A DNA stretch of 64,000 nucleotides from a virus. Made by a program: the position numbers and the translations under genes. Location of the stretch: IMG/VR virus record IMGVR_UViG_3300028909_000017, positions 1-64,000 of that record; one strand, 5' to 3'. Within the stretch, counting starts at the first letter, position 1. The number at the start of each line of letters is the position of its first letter. Shown in pieces: positions 18,623 through 28,429 of the stretch. The notes under the pieces were generated by a model that ran no database searches, had not been told where the DNA came from, and saw only the letters and a list, made by a program, of their open reading frames with translations.

Positions 18623-18835
18623 ATGGCATCTAAAAAGGCTAGAATAGCAAAACAAAAGGTATTGCAAATATATCCCAGCGCACAATTGCGTCGAAAAGGA
18701 TCATATTGTTGCATTGGTGGATTATTTGATTTCGGGCCTGAGATGCGAGGATATTTTGCAAGTAATTCTGATAAAGCGTGGATAGTTGCACAAGAAGAAA
18801 TAAATGAACGATTCGTGAATACATTAGCACAATGA
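18623..18835 (+). CDS. Small 'YP...AW' paralog family member
   Basis: KQKVLQIYPSA...KAW. Confidence 0.75.
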   Translation: MASKKARIAKQKVLQIYPSAQLRRKGSYCCIGGLFDFGPEMRGYFASNSDKAWIVAQEEINERFVNTLAQ

Positions 18836-19050
18836 AAAATTACAAAAATTTAGTTTTAGAAATATATCCTCTCGCTATATTGGTGAAATATGGATCAGGT
18901 GTATATAGAATAGTCAATAATGATTTATATGGATTTCATGGAACAGATGATTTAACCTATGATGGTGAATGGTCCGGAAATGAAGAAGATGCTTGGGCCG
19001 ATGCGTATAAATTTGTACAGACACAATTTTTAGAAAGGTTGTCCGAATGA
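18832..19050 (+). CDS. Small 'YP...AW' paralog family member
   Basis: KNLVLEIYPLA...DAW...ERLSE. Confidence 0.75.
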   Translation: MKNYKNLVLEIYPLAILVKYGSGVYRIVNNDLYGFHGTDDLTYDGEWSGNEEDAWADAYKFVQTQFLERLSE

Positions 19051-19283
19051 TGTCTGATGTTGAAAAAGCGGTCAGGGAAAATATCCCTCATAAATATGAG
19101 GTTAAAAATATATGTGTATCTATTAATCCCGTTAGATATCAAGTTTATCAATTTTTTGATTCTTATGAATTTCGATCTGTAGCTAAAGTTGCTATCGGAA
19201 TTGACTCTAATACATATGAAGGCGCATGGAAAAATGCCTGGGAATTAATGCAGGTTAGAATTCTGAAACGGTTATTGCAATGA
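19047..19283 (+). CDS. Small 'YP...AW' paralog family member (divergent)
   Basis: ...GAWKNAW...KRLLQ; ATGA overlaps. Confidence 0.7.
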   Translation: MMSDVEKAVRENIPHKYEVKNICVSINPVRYQVYQFFDSYEFRSVAKVAIGIDSNTYEGAWKNAWELMQVRILKRLLQ

Positions 19284-19582
19284 TGATGTTTCCTAGTAAC
19301 GATGTATATACCGTGGATGAATTATCTAGTGATGGAAAAATATCTAGAGATAAGGTACTTAAAATTTATTTCGATGCAGAATGTTTTGTAGTACCTGATA
19401 AAAATATAACAAATATCTTCAAGATTTGCCGGAAGAACAGTATGGTAAACAATCTTGAGGTTTATGATTTTCCAGAATATTCAAACATAATTTGTAATGG
19501 TTATTACGGAAGCGAAAATTCCGCTTGGATTGGCAGTTGGAAATACATACAAGAAAAAATAATGAGGCAATTAGAAAAATGA
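19280..19582 (+). CDS. Small 'YP...AW' paralog family member
   Basis: DKVLKIYFDA...SAW...RQLEK. Confidence 0.7.
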   Translation: MMMFPSNDVYTVDELSSDGKISRDKVLKIYFDAECFVVPDKNITNIFKICRKNSMVNNLEVYDFPEYSNIICNGYYGSENSAWIGSWKYIQEKIMRQLEK

Positions 19583-20091
19583 ATATTTTCTTTTCAAGCG
19601 ATCATCATTTCGATCATGATAGAATTATTAATTATTGCAATAGGCCGTTTAGATATGTTGAGGAAATGAATGAACGATTAATTCACAATTGGAATGTACG
19701 AGTTAAGCCCGATGATGAAGTTTATTATTTGGGAGATTTTGGCCTGCGTGGGCCGGAACAATTATTACCTTTTAGACGTCGTATGAATGGCAATTGGAAG
19801 ATTTTTGTTGCAGGAAATCATGATAGAAAAACTGTATTATCAGATGGTGAATTAGCGGATAAAATAATTAAATTTTCGCCAACTACTTTTCATTTACTGA
19901 AGCTCGACAATATTAACTTTAGCTTGAGTCATTGTCCATTGAATATTATACCGGGAACGACAATTAATCTTTTCGGTCATACTCATCAACCTAATGCGCT
20001 GCAATCATCCAATTCGATTAATATTGGTGTGGATGCATGGAATATGTTTCCCGTTGAATTATCGGAAATTAAAAATCTAATTAAACCTTAA
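19579..20091 (+). CDS. Calcineurin-like metallophosphoesterase
   Basis: SDHHFDH, LGDF, GNHD, LSH, GHTH motifs; ATG 19579. Confidence 0.9.
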   Translation: MNIFFSSDHHFDHDRIINYCNRPFRYVEEMNERLIHNWNVRVKPDDEVYYLGDFGLRGPEQLLPFRRRMNGNWKIFVAGNHDRKTVLSDGELADKIIKFSPTTFHLLKLDNINFSLSHCPLNIIPGTTINLFGHTHQPNALQSSNSINIGVDAWNMFPVELSEIKNLIKP

Positions 20092-20719
20092 AATAATTGG
20101 AAATTAAATCGATATAATATCTACTGATAGCTATATATTCTCCGTGTATAGCTATTTCGTTGCCTGATAATAAGGCTTCTGAAAGATTATTATTTTTAAA
20201 TCCAAAATCATTAATAAATTTATCTGATTCTTCTCTGGATGGAATATTTTTGATTGAATATTTTTTAACCGAATAGCAATTATATAATTCATTAGCTAGT
20301 ATTTTACTACTACCGATATCTGGTATTTTTTTACTCCAGGTAAAAGAAAAACCATTAATTGGGAATATTATATAGATCAATCCAAATTCCCTTGCCTGAC
20401 TTTCGGCAGTTGTGCATAAAATACTATTTGTCCTTAATGCAGTAAATCCTGATGTTTTTAAAAATAAATCTAACATTGCTTGCTGGGGTTGGGATTGCCC
20501 AGTGGGATTTCTATTTATCGGGGATTGAGTTTTGAATAATGGTGTTTTTGAAAATTTTGGATCAAGGCCACGATATAAAAAAGTTTCTGTTCCTTTTAAT
20601 GCCGTTAAAAATTCCGAGCAATTTTCATCAATATACTCTAGTGCCGTATAGATATCTTCTTCGGAAATTTCCGGTGGAGTCGGTTTTTTCTTTTTGAATA
20701 TTATTTCATTAATGCGCAT
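20081..20719 (-). CDS. ADP-ribosyltransferase-like paralog (probable internal head protein)
   Basis: FLYRG...RTNSILCT...NEIAIHGEY (R-S-E pattern); MRINEI start; TAAATA-N5-ATG. Confidence 0.6.
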   Translation of the reverse strand: MRINEIIFKKKKPTPPEISEEDIYTALEYIDENCSEFLTALKGTETFLYRGLDPKFSKTPLFKTQSPINRNPTGQSQPQQAMLDLFLKTSGFTALRTNSILCTTAESQAREFGLIYIIFPINGFSFTWSKKIPDIGSSKILANELYNCYSVKKYSIKNIPSREESDKFINDFGFKNNNLSEALLSGNEIAIHGEYIAISRYYIDLISNYFKV

Positions 20720-20727
20720 GTTTGTAT

Positions 20728-21970
20728 TTATCGGTGAACTACCACGTCCTTAAGGACGTGGTATCCAGGAGCAATTGCTCCAAGAATTTGTTCCTGCTTC
20801 AATAATACATAATTAGGTATACCAGTTACACCATTAGAGGTATCTCCACAGGCGTTATATTCGGACAGTTCCTGCCCTATAATTTTAAGACCGAATGCTT
20901 TAATATTTAATGCGGCATTATAATCCCGATCAATAGATAAACCACATGACGGGCAATTATAAGTTCGCAGATTTAAAGGCATTTTTTGTTTATAACCACA
21001 AGAAGAACATATCTGTGAACTAGGAGCAAAGCGATTTATTTTAATCAATTGCCCACCTGCCCATTCGAGTTTATAAAACAAATAACCCAGGAACTGCGAC
21101 CATCCCTGATCTGAAATTGCCTTTGCAAGGCAGTGATTTTTAGTCATGTTCTTTACTGCAAGATCTTCACAAATAATAATTGAGTTTTCTTTGGCTATCT
21201 GAGAACTAATTTGATGAAGAAAATCTTTTCTTTGAAATCTTACTTTTCTATGTAACTGAGCTAATTTAATTTTTGCTTTTAATTGATTTTTACTACCTTT
21301 TTGTTTACGAGAATATTGTCTTTGGTATTTCTTTAATTTCTTTTCACTTGCTTTAAGATATTTTGGTGATTCATAAATCACTGCATTACTATCGACTATG
21401 AAAGTTTTAATTCCGAGATCTATTCCAGTTATGTCATTACCAATACTTTCGACTTGTTTTACTTCCGGGCAATAATCCGTTTCACAAAGGCATGACACAT
21501 ACCACTGTTCCACATCTCGTGTTATAGTTATAGATTTTAAATTGCCAATCATTTCCCGATGGCGAATCCATTTAATTTCACCCAATTTCGGTATTTTAAT
21601 GAATTTGGGTCCTATTTTAATATGCCCATTTGTTTGTGACATTCGTATGCCACTTGGAGTTTTATGCTTAGATTTAAATTTCGGAAATCCAAATTTTGAT
21701 TTATAGCAGTTCTTTAGTGCTTGATCTAATTGAATGCATGTTTGCTGTAATGATTGACTTGGAGCACTTATCCAATTATATTGCTTTTTTAAATCGGGCA
21801 ATTGATTTGCCATATCAAATTTAAAAATGAATTTCTTTTCTGCGTTATACCTTGTTATGTTTTGGTTAAGAAATTGGTTCCAAATAAATCTTAATTGCCC
21901 CCTGCCATTCGATCAAAGTTTTCTCTTGTCCGTTGGTTGGCATTAATCGATATTTGAATGACTTTAACAT
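20728..21970 (-). CDS. tnpB: RNA-guided endonuclease TnpB; +1 frameshift in the G-run at 21898-21902 separates the N-terminus from the 361-aa body
   Basis: MLKSFKYRLMPT start at 21970; RuvC GIDLG / ICEDL / DRDYNAALNI and CSSC..CPSC zinc finger intact. Confidence 0.88.
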
Positions 21971-22045
21971 ATGTGTATTTATTCTTTTAAAATTAACTAC
22001 TTAACTCGATTATATTCACTAACTAAAGTTGGTGGTTATGCGCTC
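20734..22045 (-). mobile_element. IS200/IS605-family TnpB-only element (no TnpA)
   Basis: Left-end hairpin CACCAACTTTAGTTAGTG, right-end hairpin ACCACGTCCTTAAGGACGTGGT ending GTTCAC, tnpB between them. Confidence 0.85.
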
Positions 22046-22068
22046 GTGAATTAGAGATAAATATGTTT

Positions 22069-23004
22069 ATGGATAATTTAAACTTAATACCGGGTGAGCA
22101 AAAGATTTTTACTCGCACGCCAAAAAATATTGCAGCAAATAATATTTTTAAAACGAACGATAAAAATTTGCAGAAGAGATTAACCCATCTATGTAATTTT
22201 ATCGATGAAAATTGCTCGGAATTTTTGGGTTATGCAAAGCAAACCAAAAAATTATTATATCGTGGAATTAAAGATAAAACTGCCGGAAATATTTTTCTGG
22301 GATATTCAAGAAATAATCGCCATCCGAAGGATACAAATAGTACAATTCAAAAATTAGTTGATGAATATCTAACAATTGGTGGATTTAATGCATTGAGGTC
22401 AAATAGTATTTTTTGCATTGGAGATCCTAATGATACATCGGTATACGGTAAACCATTTTTAATTTTTCCGATTAATGGATTTGATTATTTATGGAGTATA
22501 GACCATTACGACTGGGTTATTTATCCTGCAACATTATCTCCCAATTTTCTAGAATTAGGTCAATTATTTAGTGATATTAGAAGATATTTTAATCATTCGG
22601 CACAATATGATGCTGTATCAGGAGATTTTAAAAATTTTTGGTATTCAGGACCAATCTATAATCTTTTAAATGACTTTATGAATACTTCAGATGGAGAAAA
22701 TTATATTTTTCAATTAGAACAATTGCAAAAATTATTTTCTGATATTGAAACAAAATATTCAGAATCTGGGCCAGCTATTACTAAATTTCTTGAGTCGAAT
22801 ATGTATTTTAAATCAGTTAATATGATTAATAATTCTTTAGATCCAAATATTGCATCTAAAGAATTTATACAATTTAATAAAATTACAAATACTCATTTCG
22901 AAACAGCTCTAAAACTTAATCATGAAATTTTAATTCATGGAAAATATGTAGCCGTAAATTATGAAATGTTTTATAGATATCTCAAAAATTATTTTTTGGA
23001 TTAA
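22069..23004 (+). CDS. ADP-ribosyltransferase-like paralog with ~100-aa insertion
   Basis: LLYRG...RSNSIFC...HEILIHGKY; TAAATA(22058-22063)-N5-ATG favours start 22069. Confidence 0.6.
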   Translation: MDNLNLIPGEQKIFTRTPKNIAANNIFKTNDKNLQKRLTHLCNFIDENCSEFLGYAKQTKKLLYRGIKDKTAGNIFLGYSRNNRHPKDTNSTIQKLVDEYLTIGGFNALRSNSIFCIGDPNDTSVYGKPFLIFPINGFDYLWSIDHYDWVIYPATLSPNFLELGQLFSDIRRYFNHSAQYDAVSGDFKNFWYSGPIYNLLNDFMNTSDGENYIFQLEQLQKLFSDIETKYSESGPAITKFLESNMYFKSVNMINNSLDPNIASKEFIQFNKITNTHFETALKLNHEILIHGKYVAVNYEMFYRYLKNYFLD

Positions 23005-23702
23005 TTTCGACGTTGACTATTTGGTCTGATATAATTTCTTCCAATACCGCTAGCCGGTTTAGATTTTACACCTTTCATAATTGCTTGGGCTTCAATACTA
23101 GGTGGTGTCAATAAAAATTTATTAATTTTCTTTCTAGCAGAGTTTAGTTCATTTATATCAATATCTTCATTGTTATTATGTACTAACGCAAAAGTATTAC
23201 CAAATAATAATTTATATAAATCAATATTTTTAGATGTATTTTCATATGCTTCTTCAAAATAATCAAGATCAACTTTACGATTAATATCTTCCGGATTATT
23301 TGATGTTACTAGTCTACTCTTAATTCTTTGTTGGGCGATATTTTTGTCTACCTCTATAAAAAGCATAAATGTATTATAATAATTTTCTTTTAATTTTTTA
23401 TTTAGTCGGATAATTGAATCTGCATTTCGTCCCGTTGCATTTGCAATTAATCCTAGATAATTATCAGCATATAAATTAAGTCTTTTTTCTGTTGTCTGAC
23501 CGGCTTGGGGATAAGAATGGTTTAATGATTGAAGATACATAATAGTTTTATCAACGTTTAATGATTTTAAGCCGAGCGTTTGTAGTCCTAATAAATGTTC
23601 TATGGTAGTTTTACCACTTCCCGGAGCGCCGCATAAAAATATTGATCGAAAATTATATCGATCATACGGCCCCTCATTTAATAACACTTCATTTATTTTC
23701 AT
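23001..23702 (-). CDS. P-loop kinase (zeta-toxin/AAA_33-like), probable internal head protein
   Basis: FLCGAPGSGKTT; MKINEVLLNEG N-terminus. Confidence 0.7.
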   Translation of the reverse strand: MKINEVLLNEGPYDRYNFRSIFLCGAPGSGKTTIEHLLGLQTLGLKSLNVDKTIMYLQSLNHSYPQAGQTTEKRLNLYADNYLGLIANATGRNADSIIRLNKKLKENYYNTFMLFIEVDKNIAQQRIKSRLVTSNNPEDINRKVDLDYFEEAYENTSKNIDLYKLLFGNTFALVHNNNEDIDINELNSARKKINKFLLTPPSIEAQAIMKGVKSKPASGIGRNYIRPNSQRRN

Positions 23703-24312
23703 TATTTTATCCCAAAATGTTTTGAAAGTAACTTATGGTATTTATCGGAAAGTGCAACATATTGGCCGTGAATTGTTATTTCATTTTTACTTTTAAGTGC
23801 CTGAGTGAAATTTGTATTCTTAAAATTCCAATATTTTATTAGTAAACTACCCGGATATGCCGTTAATGTATCTTCTATTTTACTGGCACCCATATCATTA
23901 ATTTTTGGGCTCCAAGTAAAAGAAAAACCATTAATAGGGAAAATATGAAATAATTCACCAAACCCATATTGATCATTATTGTCTGATGTGCAATACTATT
24001 GGATCGTAAAGAAGTGAACCCGGCTTGTTTTAAAATTTTATCTAATAGTATGATACTGTAGAAGCCGCTAACTGATTCACGATGGGTTGGAGTCATACTA
24101 AGAAATACTTTTGAAACGCCTGAATCATAATTTATTCTACGGTACAAAAATGTTTTTGCTTTTTTCATATCAATAATCGATTCATCACAATGAGAATCAA
24201 TGAAAGACATTATTTTATCGACATATTTTTCATAGCTTTTATATGCGCCATGCTCATCTGACCAATTGTCTGGAATTTTTTTCCCAAACGGTTTAATCTC
24301 ATCTATTCTCAT
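23702..24312 (-). pseudogene. Frameshifted ADP-ribosyltransferase-like paralog
   Basis: FLYRR...RSNSI in one frame, NEITIHGQY in another; intervening segment in a third frame. Confidence 0.7.
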
Positions 24313-25016
24313 ACGGTTATTCCAAAATGTTTTTGTATTTGCTTGCCATATTCAAAATTAAAAACTATAGCTACATATTGCCCATGAATTGATATTTCGT
24401 GGTTACTTTTTAATGCTTGTGATAAATCGTCATTTTTATATTGCATGTCTTTAACGAATTTTGCAACTGATGGTTTAGGTAGATTGCCTGTATTAATGTC
24501 AGGTCGATTTGCTTCTGGGAAGATATAATATTTCGGAAATAATTTCTTTAATGTAGAACTTAATATGGTTGACCCTCCTACATCTCTGATAAAATTGCTC
24601 CAAGTAAATGAAAATCCATTTAAGGGGAATATAAAATATGGTGTACCCCAATCTTTAACAAAACTTAGATCTGTTGTAGTGCAAATTGAATTGGTTCTTA
24701 ATGATAAAAATCCTGCACTAGATAAAATTTTATCAAATATTTGTTGATGTTGTAAGCCTTGCCCCTGTGGAATTCTATGTTTCGGAGAAGTTGCAATAAA
24801 AATTTGTGGAGCTTTACCTTGTGGTATTGCTCGATATAAAAAGTTGTTGGACCGCCGAACAGCCGAGCAAAATTCCGAACAATGATTTTCAATAAATTCT
24901 AAAACATTTTCAATTTTTTCCGAAGAATAATTATTAATTCCTCCGATGTCGGGAGAGTAGACATCTATAATATCCCTTTTATTATCAATCGGTTTAATTA
25001 TTTCAAATAATCGCAT
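24309..25016 (-). CDS. ADP-ribosyltransferase-like paralog
   Basis: FLYRA...RTNSICTT...HEISIHGQY; MRLFEI start at 25016 after TAAATA-N5. Confidence 0.6.
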   Translation of the reverse strand: MRLFEIIKPIDNKRDIIDVYSPDIGGINNYSSEKIENVLEFIENHCSEFCSAVRRSNNFLYRAIPQGKAPQIFIATSPKHRIPQGQGLQHQQIFDKILSSAGFLSLRTNSICTTTDLSFVKDWGTPYFIFPLNGFSFTWSNFIRDVGGSTILSSTLKKLFPKYYIFPEANRPDINTGNLPKPSVAKFVKDMQYKNDDLSQALKSNHEISIHGQYVAIVFNFEYGKQIQKHFGITV

Positions 25017-25024
25017 AATAGTAT

Positions 25025-25774
25025 TTATAGTTTTTTGAAATATGCCGGACCAGAAAACCAAATTTCATTATTTCCTGGAAAATTTTTAATTTCCGACAAT
25101 TTTTTAACCTTAAATTTATTTTTATTTGGATCAAGCATGGCGTCTAACACAGCAGTAAACGAATTATAGTGATTTGATGAAGATATGTACTGATCGATTA
25201 TTTCAAAGATGTATTTAAATTCTAAATCATTCTTCGGATGTAATTTATAATTTTTCCATCTTATATCAAGTTTTCTTATTTCAGATCTTAATATTGGTAA
25301 ATCATCTTTAAAATTTGTCCCAAAGCATACATTAAGATCGTAAAAAAGTGAAGAAAACTCTCCTAGAGAATCTATATTGTTTGATTTTTCAAAAGACCAC
25401 CATAAATCTCCATCGGGACAAATTCCAATTATAGGATCACCAACCGGAAATACTTGATAGATTTTTCCATATGCGGAGCAGTCAATCATATCTGAAGAAC
25501 ATATGAAACTGTAGGATCTTTTCGGATAAATTTTCCATTTAGGTAAAATATAATCCATTAATAATGTATAATAATTTTTTGTGTTTACAGAAGTTCTTTT
25601 AAATAATTTAGAATTACCATACAGTAAACTACGTTCATTACGAATTCCACGATAAATTTTAAATGGGGAATTAAACTCAATTGGACATTTTTTCGATAGA
25701 AATTCATCGATATTATTTTTTGGAATTTTAACAGTCGATGTTCGACTTTTTGCTAATATTTCGGTTATTCTCAT
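25025..25774 (-). CDS. ADP-ribosyltransferase-like paralog (divergent subfamily)
   Basis: IYRG...KRSYSFICSS...YG..Y.VFP...NEIWFSG. Confidence 0.6.
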   Translation of the reverse strand: MRITEILAKSRTSTVKIPKNNIDEFLSKKCPIEFNSPFKIYRGIRNERSLLYGNSKLFKRTSVNTKNYYTLLMDYILPKWKIYPKRSYSFICSSDMIDCSAYGKIYQVFPVGDPIIGICPDGDLWWSFEKSNNIDSLGEFSSLFYDLNVCFGTNFKDDLPILRSEIRKLDIRWKNYKLHPKNDLEFKYIFEIIDQYISSSNHYNSFTAVLDAMLDPNKNKFKVKKLSEIKNFPGNNEIWFSGPAYFKKL

Positions 25775-25776
25775 AT

Positions 25777-26451
25777 CTATTTCCTTTTAAATTTCGCGTC
25801 GATTAACGGTGCAAAATTATTATATGATATAGCTACATATTGCCCATGAATGGAAATTTCTTGGTTACGTATTAATGCTGCTTCGATATAATTATTATGA
25901 AATTTCCATTGGTCGATAAATTCTGTTGCATTCTCGTATGATAATTTTAGAATTGCACGATTTTCGTAGTTATCGCCGCTCGGCGCAAAATTTAATAGAG
26001 CTTGATGTAATTCATAATCTCCTCCGATGTCTTTAACTTTTTCACTCCAAGTATATGAAAAACTATTTAACGGAAAAATATAATATGGACTTCCCCATTG
26101 TCTTGCGGTCCATATTGTAGGTGTAACAGAAATTGATGTTGATCTTAATGATTTAAATCCAACTAATTTAAAAATATTATCCAATATTTTTTGTGTTGCC
26201 GGTGTTTGTCCTTGTGGCCGTCGATTAATTGGAGTCGTTGCAATAAAAATTTTGCCAGCAGAATTAATACCACGATATAGGAAAAAACCGGTTTGCTGAA
26301 AAACTTTAATAGCATCAGAACAATGCGTTGATATAAAATCTAATACATCTTTGATTTTATCGGCATCATACTGTTCAATATGTCCTACTCCCGCTTCCGA
26401 GTCATCAACTTTTTCAATATCAATCGGATTTATTAATTCAAATAATCTCAT
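25777..26451 (-). CDS. ADP-ribosyltransferase-like paralog
   Basis: FLYRG...RSTSISVT...QEISIHGQY; TAAATA-N5-ATG. Confidence 0.6.
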   Translation of the reverse strand: MRLFELINPIDIEKVDDSEAGVGHIEQYDADKIKDVLDFISTHCSDAIKVFQQTGFFLYRGINSAGKIFIATTPINRRPQGQTPATQKILDNIFKLVGFKSLRSTSISVTPTIWTARQWGSPYYIFPLNSFSYTWSEKVKDIGGDYELHQALLNFAPSGDNYENRAILKLSYENATEFIDQWKFHNNYIEAALIRNQEISIHGQYVAISYNNFAPLIDAKFKRK

Positions 26452-26488
26452 ACTTGTATTTATTTTTATTTTACTATATAATAATTAT

Positions 26489-27037
26489 ATGAATATTAAA
26501 AATTACCCCGATATAATGTTAGACCTGGAAACGCTGGCCACAACTCCAAATGCAAAAATTTTATCTATTTCGGCAGTTGCATTTGATCCACATGAATTAT
26601 CAGATGATTTAACACAAAATCCAAAGTTAGATTTACTATTGGATTTAGATGAACAAGAAAATCGGTACGAAGATCCTGATACCGTAGAATGGTGGGCAAA
26701 ACAAAGTCATGAAGTCCAGAATAAGATTTTTAGTGATACCGGTAGAGTAAAAGTTGATGATGCTATTTCTCAACTTTCAAAATTTGTATGGAATAAAGAT
26801 AGATTGTGGGCCCAAGGCATAGCGTTTGATTTTCCAATTCTTGAAAATTTATTTCGTGAACGCAAGAATAGTATTCCTTGGCAATATTATAAGGTTACTG
26901 ATAGTAGAACTATACGAGCATTGGTTGACTGTCCGGTATATAAAACATCACACGATTCTCTAGACGATTGTTATAATCAGATCAAGAGTGTCCAATATGT
27001 TTTACATGAATTAGGAATTACAAAATTTGTTAGATAG
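26489..27037 (+). CDS. DEDDh 3'-5' exonuclease
   Basis: MLDLETL, AFDFPIL, TDSRT, HDSLDD; ATG 26489 lies 6 nt after TATAAT. Confidence 0.85.
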   Translation: MNIKNYPDIMLDLETLATTPNAKILSISAVAFDPHELSDDLTQNPKLDLLLDLDEQENRYEDPDTVEWWAKQSHEVQNKIFSDTGRVKVDDAISQLSKFVWNKDRLWAQGIAFDFPILENLFRERKNSIPWQYYKVTDSRTIRALVDCPVYKTSHDSLDDCYNQIKSVQYVLHELGITKFVR

Positions 27038-27040
27038 ATA

Positions 27041-27676
27041 ATGGAAAATATTGAATTAACGGGTAGACAACGATTTAATGAAACCTGGCTTTTTGAAATG
27101 CCGTATGGGATAGGAAGTTTTCAAAATTTTGATGGAATTGTTTTTAATATTACCGATCTTTTAGATAATAGACAAATTCCGGAAAATTTGGGTAATAATC
27201 TTAATCGAATTCAATTGAACAATACTGCATATTTTTGGATGGAAAGAGATAATGTAATTCAACTTGGCGTGGAATTACAGAAACACCCAGAAGGATGGTC
27301 GGTTGCAATGACTGGAAAAAATCCACGGTTAAAAAGAAAACCACCATTTGCAAGTGATCTATATTGCGAAATTTTAAAATACCTAAAAAGTAGTATTCGA
27401 TTACTCAGCGATACACAGTTAAGCGATGAGGGTTTTGACATTTGGAAGCGTTTATTGAAGGATGGAAATACAATATCGATTTATGACAAAAATTTACCGG
27501 GAAAAACTTTTAAAACGATTCACACGGAAGAAGAATTAGAAAATTATTTTTCAAAGACAGATTTAAACTGCAAGGATTATCAATATATTTTAACCGAAAC
27601 TAGTTATTTGGCCGAAATGAGATCAAATTTTAATACTCGAAGATATCGAGAATTGTCAGGATTATTGATGGAGTAA
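27041..27676 (+). CDS. Hypothetical protein, possibly GNAT-fold
   Basis: LLSDTQLSDEGFDIWKRL resembles the C-terminal motif of phage GNAT-like proteins. Confidence 0.5.
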   Translation: MENIELTGRQRFNETWLFEMPYGIGSFQNFDGIVFNITDLLDNRQIPENLGNNLNRIQLNNTAYFWMERDNVIQLGVELQKHPEGWSVAMTGKNPRLKRKPPFASDLYCEILKYLKSSIRLLSDTQLSDEGFDIWKRLLKDGNTISIYDKNLPGKTFKTIHTEEELENYFSKTDLNCKDYQYILTETSYLAEMRSNFNTRRYRELSGLLME

Positions 27677-27705
27677 AAAAGGAGACCTATATAGGTCTCC
27701 TTTTT
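27675..27705. terminator. Bidirectional terminator
   Basis: AAAAAAGGAGACCTATATAGGTCTCCTTTTT palindrome between convergent genes. Confidence 0.8.
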
Positions 27706-28427
27706 CAGTCTTTAACAACGTTTCCATTTGGACCAAGTTTGCCCTCTACTCCAATAGTCGGTAATTCTAATAGATTGGGCCCATCAAAATATTTCAGCAA
27801 TAAATGTTCTATATCTTTATATTGATTAATATCGAGTGATGAAGTAAATTCTTCGATCATTAAATTGTATCTTGACAAAACCAATGATGTATTTTTTGCA
27901 TCCCATGACCATAACCGCGACATTAATTGATAAATTAATCCACCGGTAGTTTGTGGGGGGAATTGACTCAATCTTCGTTTACAAAAGATATATTTATTTG
28001 ATTTATTGAAATTTTCGATATTAAAACTGTCAGATAATAAATATCTTCCGCTAAGTTTAAAAACACGATCAATACCATTTAACATTTGTGGTTGTTTGGT
28101 TAGAATAAAATCCAAAGTTTTACATGTTACTATCATTTCGGTAAAGTTTTTAACTATGTCGAAATTTTTGCCATATAATTTATATATTTGTTGTACTGTT
28201 TTATCATCATTATAATTAATTAATCCGGTTAAATGAGGTCCAATTAATAATGATTCATTTTCAGATAATGCTGCTTCGGCTCCGCTGTCTGAAACAATAA
28301 TTTGAGCATCAGGAATTTTCGCTGTAATACTTTTTAATGTATCAATTGTTTGATTTAATCGTTCTTCGGCTGAAAAAACTCCATGAACTGTGTGGATGGC
28401 CGATGATACTAGAAATAATGTTTTCAT
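27705..28427 (-). CDS. Glycosyltransferase-like hypothetical protein
   Basis: SAI...ERL.QT..TL.SI...IP...FKLSGRY pattern. Confidence 0.5.
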   Translation of the reverse strand: MKTLFLVSSAIHTVHGVFSAEERLNQTIDTLKSITAKIPDAQIIVSDSGAEAALSENESLLIGPHLTGLINYNDDKTVQQIYKLYGKNFDIVKNFTEMIVTCKTLDFILTKQPQMLNGIDRVFKLSGRYLLSDSFNIENFNKSNKYIFCKRRLSQFPPQTTGGLIYQLMSRLWSWDAKNTSLVLSRYNLMIEEFTSSLDINQYKDIEHLLLKYFDGPNLLELPTIGVEGKLGPNGNVVKD

Positions 28428-28429
28428 TG

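Noticed and set aside
20734-22045. IS607, IscB or Cas12 assignment, or an autonomous transposon
   Set aside because: No serine recombinase or Y1 TnpA in the window, no HNH domain, no CRISPR array; hairpin ends fit a TnpB-only IS200/IS605 element.
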